This document shows, piece by piece, positions 8,172 to 16,672 of a stretch of DNA of 64,000 nt. Made by a program: the position numbers and the translations under genes. The stretch is from a virus (taxonomy: Duplodnaviria; Caudoviricetes), in the IMG/VR virus record IMGVR_UViG_3300017912_003441, positions 55,264 to 119,263 of that record; one strand, written 5' to 3'. Below the pieces are notes generated by a model. It made no database searches and was not told where the DNA came from. It saw only the letters and a program-made list of their open reading frames with translations. How positions within the stretch are numbered: the first letter of the stretch is position 1; each line of letters opens with the position of its first letter.

Positions 8172-8359
8172 TTGAAAGTATTTCGTTTTTTAGATGTCAT
8201 ACGCTTCCACTCTTCCCAAGATGGTTTTGGCTCTTGCAAGCTTTCCCATTCACGCTTTAGCTTCTTTCGCTCTTGCTCTATAAATTGACTTGAACTCATT
8301 CTAGTTTCAATATATTCTCTATTGTTATCTGTTAATACACATAGACACATTATTCCCAA
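8168..8359 (-). CDS. hypothetical protein (start uncertain)
   Basis: ORF track. Confidence 0.5.
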   Translation of the reverse strand: MGIMCLCVLTDNNREYIETRMSSSQFIEQERKKLKREWESLQEPKPSWEEWKRMTSKKRNTFK

Positions 8360-8577
8360 TCTTTTCTCAAAGAAGAATCAGCTTCGTTATCATCAAAACC
8401 AGCCCAATACTCTGCAATCTCTTTTTTGCTCATATCTTTCTCTTCTACTTTAGGAGAGTAATATGTATCAGCTTCGAAGTAATGAGGTACTGGGGTACGT
8501 CCATACCAACTATCAGCTGTTCCTCGATCATATGGGCTTCCATGCCCCCTATCAGTTCTTTCAGTTTTAACTTTCAT
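8350..8577 (-). CDS. conserved phage hypothetical protein (HGSPYDRG family)
   Basis: HGSPYDRGTADSWYGR..PHY; start moved to ATG 8577, after the leader motif. Confidence 0.75.
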   Translation of the reverse strand: MKVKTERTDRGHGSPYDRGTADSWYGRTPVPHYFEADTYYSPKVEEKDMSKKEIAEYWAGFDDNEADSSLRKDWE

Positions 8578-8621
8578 CTCTAACAACACAATAATTATAT
8601 CTTATCTAGAGAGGACGTCAA
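8578..8621 (-). promoter_or_regulatory. early promoter plus GTGTTGTTAGAG leader
   Basis: TTGACG-16-TATAAT. Confidence 0.75.
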
Positions 8622-8623
8622 GC

Positions 8624-8905
8624 TTAGATTTGTTTCTCGAGCTTAGCGATCAATTGCTTGACGCTAACTGTAGGGTTGGTTAGATTATAGGTGAGAATAT
8701 TATAAAGCTGATTGCACTCACCTTTAGTTAGTTTAATTTCACTAGGAAGTTTTTCCCATTCTTCGAACTTAAGTTCAACTGGTTCAGCAATACCATGCAC
8801 ATAAACTTTTTTCTTTGCGAGAGGTCCTCTTGGATCTCTGCGGCGGTCGAGAGTATTATCGTATTCTAATTTCATATTAGTCTGCAATTCCGTAATGTTG
8901 CTCAA
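8624..8905 (-). CDS. hypothetical protein (likely start MKLEY...)
   Basis: ORF track. Confidence 0.65.
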   Translation of the reverse strand: MSNITELQTNMKLEYDNTLDRRRDPRGPLAKKKVYVHGIAEPVELKFEEWEKLPSEIKLTKGECNQLYNILTYNLTNPTVSVKQLIAKLEKQI

Positions 8906-9251
8906 CAGTAACTGTATTCTTTATATTGGTTTTCTTAAATCCAATATCACCTTCATTAAGAACCGCATGACCAGTAAACCATCTCAATTTACCATATGAA
9001 GATTGACGAGGGAACTTTTTATCAAGAGCTTTTCTAATCCTGTCTTTGTCGATCTTTCCTTTAACAGGAACAGAATACACTGTCACATCTCCATAAGCAA
9101 AATTCTTATGCTCAATGAATTTACGATCTCCCCATTTGAGGAGCCCTTTCTTTTCTACTGGATCTTTCATAAAAGCTTCTTCTGAACTTACTGAAGCAAA
9201 TCTGGAGCTTGTGCTCTCAGCCGCGAGGTTTTTGTAGTCATTCGCTATCAT
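8877..9251 (-). CDS. hypothetical early protein
   Basis: Start moved to ATG 9251; the track's TTG start is the -35 box. Confidence 0.7.
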   Translation of the reverse strand: MIANDYKNLAAESTSSRFASVSSEEAFMKDPVEKKGLLKWGDRKFIEHKNFAYGDVTVYSVPVKGKIDKDRIRKALDKKFPRQSSYGKLRWFTGHAVLNEGDIGFKKTNIKNTVTVEQHYGIAD

Positions 9252-9296
9252 CTCTAACAACGCCATTATTATAGCGTATTCGTAGCTAAACGTCAA
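9252..9296 (-). promoter_or_regulatory. early promoter plus GCGTTGTTAGAG leader
   Basis: TTGACG-17-TATAAT. Confidence 0.8.
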
Positions 9297-9340
9297 CTAC
9301 TTACTCCGGATAAATTTATCTTTACCGAGTAAAGATAGGA

Positions 9341-9529
9341 TTACTTTACCGGTAAAGAGTTGAGGTATTCTAGTTCTTGCTCTTCAGTTATTGGAGAAGT
9401 GTAATAATCTAAAGAAATTTCAGTAGGTTGCTCGTGAAGTATAAAAGCAATAGGAGATAATAAAAAGAAAGCATACAGTTTCTCGTTACGAGACCGTATG
9501 CTTTCTCTTAAATTAAACTTTTTATCCAA
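9341..9529 (-). CDS. hypothetical protein
   Basis: ORF track. Confidence 0.5.
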   Translation of the reverse strand: MDKKFNLRESIRSRNEKLYAFFLLSPIAFILHEQPTEISLDYYTSPITEEQELEYLNSLPVK

Positions 9530-9533
9530 AAAA

Positions 9534-9908
9534 TTACTCAGCGCCTTCAGCTGGAGCTTCTGCTGGTTCGACGTAATCAGTCAAATCTGAGACAGCTGCT
9601 TTATCACTTGGCCAATGATCAGCTAAATCAGTCCAGGAAAGAGCTGCAACAGCAGTCTTAGCTGCGTTTAACGCGGTTGTAACTTTCGCGACCTGTGTAG
9701 CTGCTGTTGTACGAGCAACATCAAGACCATCAATCTTACATGTCTCATCTAAAAATCTAAATAAGTCGCGCGCGGCTTGTTCAGTCTCTTCTAGCTTCCA
9801 TTTTGCCTGTTCAATAGCGCGAAATGGAGTGTTATCATTTCCCGGGCCCATGAAGTTATCATCGCCAGCGGCTGATAAGTAATTTCTAAGTTCTGTTTTG
9901 TGTGACAT
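9534..9908 (-). CDS. Ala-rich late protein
   Basis: ORF track; ATAAATAA upstream. Confidence 0.75.
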   Translation of the reverse strand: MSHKTELRNYLSAAGDDNFMGPGNDNTPFRAIEQAKWKLEETEQAARDLFRFLDETCKIDGLDVARTTAATQVAKVTTALNAAKTAVAALSWTDLADHWPSDKAAVSDLTDYVEPAEAPAEGAE

Positions 9909-9919
9909 ACTAAAATTAT

Positions 9920-10177
9920 TTATGGTTTATTGTATCGATTTGGAGTCTTTTTTTCTATTCTTTTGATACTTTTCACCTCATAGCCAGCCTTCTTCTTAGT
10001 AGCTTTCTTTTTCTTTTCTTTCTTAGGAGCAGTCAACTCTGCTTCTTTCAACTTTAGAGCCCGAGCTGCGCGACGAACCGTCTTCTCTGAAGCTTGTCCG
10101 TAACTTTGCAAGGTATCAAAGAACTCCTGAGCGCTCTTTACGTCTTTGGCCGATCGAATGTTATCTATCATTCCCAT
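9920..10177 (-). CDS. Lys-rich hypothetical protein
   Basis: Start moved to ATG 10177, 7 nt after TATAAT (TTGCCA-16-TATAAT). Confidence 0.65.
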   Translation of the reverse strand: MGMIDNIRSAKDVKSAQEFFDTLQSYGQASEKTVRRAARALKLKEAELTAPKKEKKKKATKKKAGYEVKSIKRIEKKTPNRYNKP

Positions 10178-10205
10178 ACCAAAGATTATAAATATTTCCA
10201 GAGCG

Positions 10206-10535
10206 ATGGCAAGCACAAAACCAATAATATTCAGAGAAGGAATTGTCTGTCCGCCTTCTGAGCCTCTAGCCATTCGATCAGTTTGTTTGTACATATCTAC
10301 TTTTGTAAAGAAAGACACGGAGTTCCTTTTAGAAACGCACAAACACAATAAGGACATCTATTACAAATGGATAAAGCAATTGTATTTAACTGACTTTATA
10401 ACTGATCTAGTCGAAGTCGAGGAAGAAGTATATGGACTAAGAATCGGGGATGAGGTAATGAAGAGACCCTGCCTTATATTCGACAGGGTCTCATGGGATA
10501 ATCTTCAACAGATTATATACTTGTTATCTACTTAG
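10206..10535 (+). CDS. hypothetical protein
   Basis: ATG 10206 downstream of TATAAATA (10187-10194). Confidence 0.65.
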   Translation: MASTKPIIFREGIVCPPSEPLAIRSVCLYISTFVKKDTEFLLETHKHNKDIYYKWIKQLYLTDFITDLVEVEEEVYGLRIGDEVMKRPCLIFDRVSWDNLQQIIYLLST

Positions 10536-10761
10536 ATGATATCTTCTTTAACTCTTTATGTACCTCAAAGATAATGAGCATTAGCTCAGCATAGATACGT
10601 ATAATAAGAGGACCACCTACTGCAGTACCAATACCAGTTAAAAGATCAGATGTAGCTGCAGTAAACACACCTGCGATAATTGCCAACACCATTCCAATGT
10701 AAGAAATAATCTTAAGTAAGCCTGGTGTAATCATGTATTCATATTTTAAGAATGCTTTCAT
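10528..10761 (-). CDS. DUF4282-like membrane protein
   Basis: FLKYEYMITPGLLKIISY...RIYAELMLIIF. Confidence 0.75.
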   Translation of the reverse strand: MKAFLKYEYMITPGLLKIISYIGMVLAIIAGVFTAATSDLLTGIGTAVGGPLIIRIYAELMLIIFEVHKELKKISSK

Positions 10762-10837
10762 ATCATTATTTATTATTTTAAGGAAAAAAGAGTCAGTCTC
10801 GATCGAGACTGACTCTCCAATCCCCATTTAAAGGAGC

Positions 10838-11203
10838 TTACTTCTTCTTACCTCCAGCCTTCTTCTTAGCTGGAGCCTTCTTCTTAGCTCCGACCGCCTT
10901 GATACCTTCTGTAGAAACAGATACCTTTTGGGTACCAGGTACTCCTACAGTCAGTTTAGGGGTTTTAGCTCCTACTTTGATGAACGGAAGTGAAACACTA
11001 GCACTACCAGAATCTGCTGATGCAGATACTTTCGTACCAGCTGCGCTTCCCAATGTTACACTTGGAACAGACACTTGAAGTGTTTGCCCGAATAGAGTAA
11101 CACTAGATGTTTCTCCGAACTTCGCACCGAACCAGCCCGCTTGGACTGGACTACTCATTAAGCCGATTAAGGCTACTGTCAATATGATTTTCTTCATACT
11201 CAT
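10838..11203 (-). CDS. secreted protein with signal peptide and Lys-rich tail
   Basis: MKKIILTVALIGLMSSPVQA cleavage-type signal peptide. Confidence 0.75.
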   Translation of the reverse strand: MSMKKIILTVALIGLMSSPVQAGWFGAKFGETSSVTLFGQTLQVSVPSVTLGSAAGTKVSASADSGSASVSLPFIKVGAKTPKLTVGVPGTQKVSVSTEGIKAVGAKKKAPAKKKAGGKKK

Positions 11204-11222
11204 AATATTTATTATAATTTAT

Positions 11223-11492
11223 TTAATTTCCTACAGTTTCCTCTTCTTCGACCCTAATGGGCCATACGCCATCAAAATGCATCTTACCTAATTCTTTATA
11301 TTTTTTTATACTTCCCTTACGCTCTTCTTTTAAGAATGTTACTTCGCCTTCAACACCTTCAAATACTTCGAAGTCTTTGATAGGACATTTAGCTTTCTTA
11401 CCTTCATCAGTTACAATCCTCGCATGAGTTGTGCCTTTAGGTCGCTTGAGTAGTTTTAAGTCTTGATAACTCATATCATTATTATATATCAA
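11223..11492 (-). CDS. hypothetical protein (likely start MSYQD...)
   Basis: ORF track. Confidence 0.65.
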   Translation of the reverse strand: MIYNNDMSYQDLKLLKRPKGTTHARIVTDEGKKAKCPIKDFEVFEGVEGEVTFLKEERKGSIKKYKELGKMHFDGVWPIRVEEEETVGN

Positions 11493-12250
11493 ATCTCGAT
11501 TGTTGCAACACCTTTTTTCTGGACTACTCGCGCAGCAAGATCATTAGCATAATGTAGAGCTTTATCTATATCTTGTTCATGAACATAAGAAGTCACTAAT
11601 CCGCACATGAAGGTATCACCAGCTCCAGATAAGTCGAAAACGTCTACAGGGTTGACAGGATATGTCTTACCATTATACATACAACCTTTACCCCCTAGCG
11701 TTACAATAACTTTATTTTTTACTTCAGATGATACATTATCTTTTGTAGCGTTCCATTCAGGTTCGTTTATCTTAATAAAAGCACATGACTTAAAATTATG
11801 ATCTAGAGTCTTCTTAGTATCAACAAACACTAATGGGTGAGCCTCGCAGATCTTTCTAATATCTTGTTGATGTAAGAACCCTTTACCATAATCTGATACA
11901 ATAATAGCATCCCATTTTTCACCAGCATTATATAATAATTCGTCTAAATTATCAGATTGTATCCGACTAACAGGTTTTTCAGTATCTACTCTAATGATAG
12001 TATGATTTGTCTTCTCATCAATGTATTTTCTCTTACAAATAAATTCCTCGTTAAACTTTGTATCAACATAACAGTCCCACTCTTTTAACTGTCGGGCTAC
12101 GTTACCAGCCATACCATCTGTCTGGACAGTCTTAACTGGTTTGAATACAGGTGCAGGAACATCCGGACAAAGACGCGTCACATTACCGTAAACGTACTGA
12201 TCAGCGCACTTATCACCAATGACCAAAATTCTTGGCTTATCAAATTTCAT
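11489..12250 (-). CDS. PfkB-family sugar kinase, HldE/RfaE heptose-7-phosphate kinase domain-like
   Basis: ILVIGD...YVYGNVTRLCP, GMAGNV, IIVSDYGKG, DLSGAGDTF. Confidence 0.88.
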   Translation of the reverse strand: MKFDKPRILVIGDKCADQYVYGNVTRLCPDVPAPVFKPVKTVQTDGMAGNVARQLKEWDCYVDTKFNEEFICKRKYIDEKTNHTIIRVDTEKPVSRIQSDNLDELLYNAGEKWDAIIVSDYGKGFLHQQDIRKICEAHPLVFVDTKKTLDHNFKSCAFIKINEPEWNATKDNVSSEVKNKVIVTLGGKGCMYNGKTYPVNPVDVFDLSGAGDTFMCGLVTSYVHEQDIDKALHYANDLAARVVQKKGVATIEI

Positions 12251-12284
12251 ACTTCTATTGTAGCGTTTCCATAAATAATTACAA

Positions 12285-12626
12285 GTGACTAATTTGAAGA
12301 AATTAGAAAAGTTGACTAGACAGCTGGAGCTGCATGAAAACGACTTTATTAATTATGTTATTGAAGCGGATTATTCCATCGTGCTGGTATCCGAAGCAGG
12401 CAGAATTAAGTGGTGCAATGAATTCTTTCAACAGTCATTTAAAGTGGACAATACTGAAATCCACAACAAGGGTCTAAAAAGTATTATTGGTGTAGATATT
12501 TCTAAATGGTCTAGAAAGACATTCACAATAGATATCAATGGTGCCACTCACACAGTAAAGATAAGAGATCTAAATAGAAATGGCAAATTAATACATAAAA
12601 AAGTAACCCTTGTACCGCATGAGTAA
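12285..12626 (+). CDS. stand-alone PAS-like domain protein
   Basis: SIVLVSEAGRIKWCNEFFQQSF.....IHNKGLKSII fits the PAS core; ATAAATAA upstream. Confidence 0.6.
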   Translation: MTNLKKLEKLTRQLELHENDFINYVIEADYSIVLVSEAGRIKWCNEFFQQSFKVDNTEIHNKGLKSIIGVDISKWSRKTFTIDINGATHTVKIRDLNRNGKLIHKKVTLVPHE

Positions 12627-12849
12627 TGATCCAAATAAATTAGAAAATGGTTCTTGGGCTGAGTGGAGACGATTAGTACTCAGCGAACTAAGCCGTTTAA
12701 ACTCAGATATAGAAGAGCTTCAAAAGAACCAAAAGAAAATAGAAGTGCAATTAGCCACTCTAAGTACTAAAATAATTATGTATGGTGCTATTGGGGCTTC
12801 TGCAATCGGTTTCGCAACTTCATTAATATCATCTTACCTTAGTAAGTGA
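12619..12849 (+). CDS. coiled-coil protein with C-terminal TM (XhlA/holin-like)
   Basis: NGSWAEWRRLVLSELSRL coiled coil followed by a TM helix. Confidence 0.65.
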   Translation: MSNDPNKLENGSWAEWRRLVLSELSRLNSDIEELQKNQKKIEVQLATLSTKIIMYGAIGASAIGFATSLISSYLSK

Positions 12850-13139
12850 ACAATAAAGGGTATACGCTTTTAGAACTTCTACTTTGTATTACTATTATTC
12901 TAATACTTGTAGGTAATTTAGCAGGTAATTTTTACGCTGCTAAAGAAGTCGCTAAGGAAGTCCGTTGTAAGACTTATAGAAAGCAAATGGAACTATTCTA
13001 TTCTATGCCAGAGTTCGATTATACTCAGGACTATGGAGAGTATTCTGATTATACATCAGTTATAGACGAAATGGTGCTAATGTATAATGAATGTTATAGA
13101 TGTCACCCAAGTGTAAGTAACAATAACTGGAATCCCTAA
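12846..13139 (+). CDS. prepilin-type N-terminal cleavage/methylation protein with C-terminal CxxCH
   Basis: KG|YTLLELL class III signal; AKEVAKEVRC; CYRCH. Confidence 0.8.
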   Translation: MNNKGYTLLELLLCITIILILVGNLAGNFYAAKEVAKEVRCKTYRKQMELFYSMPEFDYTQDYGEYSDYTSVIDEMVLMYNECYRCHPSVSNNNWNP

Positions 13140-13147
13140 ATAATTAT

Positions 13148-14728
13148 ATGGATGAGAGTTTGCACCAATTAGCTGCGACAGGGAACTTAAGATGTATAAA
13201 AAAGGCGTTAGAAACTCCTAAATTATTTTATTCTACTGATGAAAATAACGGATGGACTCCACTTCACTACGCGTCTAATAAAAGTAAAGTAAAAATAGTA
13301 AGCGTTATTCTTGAAGCTGGAGTAGATCCGAACACTCCAAGTAAACCTGTAAGCGTTAGACAGAGTAGTTGGAACTTAGCGTTGATGGAGGACAAAGAAT
13401 GCCCAATAGTTACTGCTATGGATGTAGCTGATGGGCCTAATCGTCATAAAATTGTAGGTTCATTGAGAGACGCAGGAGGTATGTTTTATAATAAAGAACT
13501 TACTTTACATCAATGCGTACAGTTAGAAGATATAGATGAAATAGAAGGTCTACTAGAAGATGATAGTTTAAAAATTAATGCAAGAGACCATAGAGGTTGG
13601 ATGGCTTTACATTACGCTGTAGATATTAACAATATTAATATAGTTAAGCTTTTATTAGACGCTAAAGCCAACATAAACGGATCAACTTATAATCCTAATG
13701 ATCAATTCCATTATAATGCTTGGGAAATAGCTAATGCTAATAATAGTAATGTAATGCTAGACTACTTAGTTAATAGAGGAGCATGTAAACACCCTAGTAG
13801 GGATAATCCTAAATACAAACCAAGAGTCAATAATCAAGTTATTGACAATAAAGCTGCCGATGAAGCTTTAGGTCGCATAAGAAAAGAACGCAGAGAACAA
13901 GATGAAGATAGAAAAGCATTACAAGAACCTGATACATTATTAGGCAAACTGTTTGAATCAAAAGAGAAAAAAGAGAAAAGAGAAGCAGTAAAAAGTAGAA
14001 TAGCTGCTGAACAAGCTAAAGCAAGAAGAGAAGCAGCAGAGAAAATACAAAAAGAAGAAGAAAATAAAAAGAAGCAAAGAGTTATAAAATGGAAGTGGGG
14101 ACAAGATCCATTCAAGTTAAAAGGAGAAGGAATCCAATACGATTCTCCGTGTCGAGCTCATACCTACTTCATGGATATAGTAGGTTATTCTAAAAAGACT
14201 ACAGCTGAACAAAAGAAAGTAACTAATGAGTTAATTGATTATGTTAAAAGCACACAAGGTTATCAACAAGCGGATCGACAAGGCAAACTAATTATATTAC
14301 CTACTGGGGATGGTATGGCGTTAGTATTTTTTAATAGCGTTAATGCTGCATTTAAGTGTATGGTTGATGTAGGTCGTATGACTTATAAACATTCTAGTAT
14401 CGGCTTAAGGAATGGATTGTATTCTGGCCCAGTAGTACCTGTAAAAGATATAAATGATAATCCTAACGTTAGCGGTACAGGTATTAACATGGCTCAACGT
14501 TGCATGGATGCAGGAGATAATGATCACTTATTAATATCAAACGATGTACATCAGTATGTATGTGAAATGGATATACCTGGTTTACAGTTTGATGATTGGG
14601 GCCCTGTTATAGTTAAACACGGGACTACTGTTCATATGTGGACAGCATATGGTAATAATTTTGGTAGGAGAGAATTTCCTCATTGGAGAGGAACAAAAAA
14701 AGCAGAATTTAAAACAGAAGAAGAATGA
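13148..14728 (+). CDS. ankyrin-repeat / coiled-coil / class III nucleotidyl cyclase fusion
   Basis: GWTPLHYA and GWMALHYA ankyrin motifs; MDIVGYS, TGDG, GLYSGPV, GINMAQR cyclase motifs. Confidence 0.88.
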   Translation: MDESLHQLAATGNLRCIKKALETPKLFYSTDENNGWTPLHYASNKSKVKIVSVILEAGVDPNTPSKPVSVRQSSWNLALMEDKECPIVTAMDVADGPNRHKIVGSLRDAGGMFYNKELTLHQCVQLEDIDEIEGLLEDDSLKINARDHRGWMALHYAVDINNINIVKLLLDAKANINGSTYNPNDQFHYNAWEIANANNSNVMLDYLVNRGACKHPSRDNPKYKPRVNNQVIDNKAADEALGRIRKERREQDEDRKALQEPDTLLGKLFESKEKKEKREAVKSRIAAEQAKARREAAEKIQKEEENKKKQRVIKWKWGQDPFKLKGEGIQYDSPCRAHTYFMDIVGYSKKTTAEQKKVTNELIDYVKSTQGYQQADRQGKLIILPTGDGMALVFFNSVNAAFKCMVDVGRMTYKHSSIGLRNGLYSGPVVPVKDINDNPNVSGTGINMAQRCMDAGDNDHLLISNDVHQYVCEMDIPGLQFDDWGPVIVKHGTTVHMWTAYGNNFGRREFPHWRGTKKAEFKTEEE

Positions 14729-14871
14729 AACAACAAACCAAAGAATTAATATTAGTAGGTATAGGTATCCTATTTATACTCGCTGTGTGTCTGAGTTCAT
14801 GTGACAACACTGCAAATATAGCTGTACAAAAGCAAGACTTTCCTACACGGATAGGGTCAGGTATAAGATAA
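14725..14871 (+). CDS. small lipoprotein (48 aa, not in ORF track)
   Basis: MKQQTKELILVGIGILFILAVCLSSC lipobox; ATGA and TAATG coupling to its neighbours. Confidence 0.65.
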   Translation: MKQQTKELILVGIGILFILAVCLSSCDNTANIAVQKQDFPTRIGSGIR

Positions 14872-15122
14872 TGGATATTGATAGAGAAATAAAATTTTTA
14901 GAAAGAGGTACATTTTGGACTCCTGTTGTAGGTCTTATTATATGCTTCTTTCTTCTTTTTCTTTCTACTGGTTGTAGTGGTACTTGGGTATGGCAGGAAG
15001 ATTACCCTAAACATAGAACAATGTCATTTAAATGCCCGAGATGGAATTATGATCAAGCATATGATAGACTACATCACGCATGGTCAACTAGACAACACGA
15101 ACCAATAAAAATAAAAAAATGA
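14871..15122 (+). CDS. putative lipoprotein
   Basis: Hydrophobic segment ending in LSTGC. Confidence 0.65.
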   Translation: MDIDREIKFLERGTFWTPVVGLIICFFLLFLSTGCSGTWVWQEDYPKHRTMSFKCPRWNYDQAYDRLHHAWSTRQHEPIKIKK

Positions 15123-15472
15123 AGTTCCATGCTTACATAAAAGAAATAAGATTAAAATACTTCAAAGACTTAACTAAGTTTAGTAAGATACTTGGAGTAG
15201 AAAAGACAATGTGGCGTAAAGTTGAAAGAGGTATCAACCCACCTCCCAAACGCTCATTACTTAAACGATTTGCTAGCTTGACTCATATGCTAAGTTACGA
15301 AGAAGCTCAATTGCATGAGCTAGCAAGAAGATGGGAACCTTCGCCTGATACTAACACTAACAATCATATATTATTATCTGATGCTTCTAAGGCAGAATGG
15401 AGACAGGCTTTATTAGAAGAAAATACTCCAGACTACGAGCATAAATTTTGGGGAAAAAAAAGCCCCCGTTAG
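15119..15472 (+). CDS. XRE-family HTH protein
   Basis: FSKILGVEKTMWRKVERGINPPP. Confidence 0.75.
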   Translation: MKFHAYIKEIRLKYFKDLTKFSKILGVEKTMWRKVERGINPPPKRSLLKRFASLTHMLSYEEAQLHELARRWEPSPDTNTNNHILLSDASKAEWRQALLEENTPDYEHKFWGKKSPR

Positions 15473-15481
15473 GAGGCTTTT
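15454..15481. terminator. bidirectional terminator between convergent genes
   Basis: AAAAGCC..GGCTTTT hairpin. Confidence 0.65.
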
Positions 15482-15505
15482 GTGCGTTGACTCTTTTAAA
15501 AGAGT

Positions 15506-15952
15506 TTAGGTACCGACACCAACGTTCCCATCTGCAGAACTACCTACACCGACATTACCATCAGTGCCTGTACTTCCAATACCTACGTTAGCTTCAGGCG
15601 CAGAACCGCCTACGTTACCAGATGATGTACCAACTCCGATGTTTCCATCTGTAGCTGTACTTCCAATTCCTACATTTCCTTCACTCATAGAAGTATTTAT
15701 AGGCTGAGACTGAATTAAATTAACTAATGTCGCAGCTGGTATTGTTACAGTAGGTGCAGAACTCCCGATCCCAATATTCCCATCTGCGTTTGTACCAATA
15801 CCAATATTACCAAGCGCTGGCGCCGGTTCTTCTAACAACCATTCATCTTCTTCTTCTAATGCGTCTACACGCGCGTCTAAATCAGCAATTGCACTTTGTA
15901 AGTCAGCAATAACTGTCCTAATTGATCTTCTTCGTCTACGGGGAATACTCAT
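15506..15952 (-). CDS. late protein with GN(V/I)G(I/V)G repeats
   Basis: Coiled coil followed by about 8 GNVGIG-type repeats; TATAAATA upstream. Confidence 0.75.
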   Translation of the reverse strand: MSIPRRRRRSIRTVIADLQSAIADLDARVDALEEEDEWLLEEPAPALGNIGIGTNADGNIGIGSSAPTVTIPAATLVNLIQSQPINTSMSEGNVGIGSTATDGNIGVGTSSGNVGGSAPEANVGIGSTGTDGNVGVGSSADGNVGVGT

Positions 15953-15964
15953 ATCGAAAGTATT

Positions 15965-15992
15965 TATAAAAAAAGGTGGCCGAAGCCACCTT
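15965..15992 (-). terminator. cUUCGg terminator, repeat copy 1
   Basis: AAGGTGGCTTCGGCCACCTTTTTTT on the minus strand. Confidence 0.9.
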
Positions 15993-16016
15993 AAAGATTC
16001 TCTCTAGAAAATAACT

Positions 16017-16622
16017 CTATGCGCTCACTGTAGATGTTGTAGAGGTACCATGAGGTACAATAGAAGCATTGAGAATGTCTAATACTTTCATCAAACCTTC
16101 AGGTGGTCCGTCGTCTCTAGCTTCAACATGTACATCGTATTTCGCTGAATTATCAGTCTTACGAGTACTTTCTGATTTACTTTGACTTGATACTGATGCC
16201 TTCATCTCGACACTTACTGGTGAATACCATGCACTGTATGAAACATCTGTACTTACATTAGCGTTGGTTGACGAGCTATCAGTTTGCACTGAGCTTGACT
16301 TTACTTCCATTGTAAAATCTACAGTCGCCTTTTTAACAGAAAGATTAGGAACATTAAGAATAGATAATAACGGTACTGATAATTTATCATCTACTAATTG
16401 GGTCGAACCGTCACTGTTTGTAACTGGAGCTTTAAAACCAAAATCAACAGAACGAGCCGAGACTGCTCCTCCACTTGAACTCGGCTCTGATAAACCTACA
16501 TCGTTAATAAACTGTTGAGTGTGTGTTGATAGTTTGCCTTGCGCTTTCGCTGCAGCTAACAAGGGTTGTCCTATCAAATCGGACATTGGAAGTCCTTTAA
16601 ATTGATCTGCGATACCTGCCAT
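16017..16622 (-). CDS. DUF2589-family protein
   Basis: FKGLPMSDLIGQPLLAAAKAQ...VPLLSILNVPNL...PPEGLMKVLDIL. Confidence 0.8.
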   Translation of the reverse strand: MAGIADQFKGLPMSDLIGQPLLAAAKAQGKLSTHTQQFINDVGLSEPSSSGGAVSARSVDFGFKAPVTNSDGSTQLVDDKLSVPLLSILNVPNLSVKKATVDFTMEVKSSSVQTDSSSTNANVSTDVSYSAWYSPVSVEMKASVSSQSKSESTRKTDNSAKYDVHVEARDDGPPEGLMKVLDILNASIVPHGTSTTSTVSA

Positions 16623-16672
16623 AACAAAATTATTTATCTACGATTTTATTTTAATCTATGTATCCGGAACAA

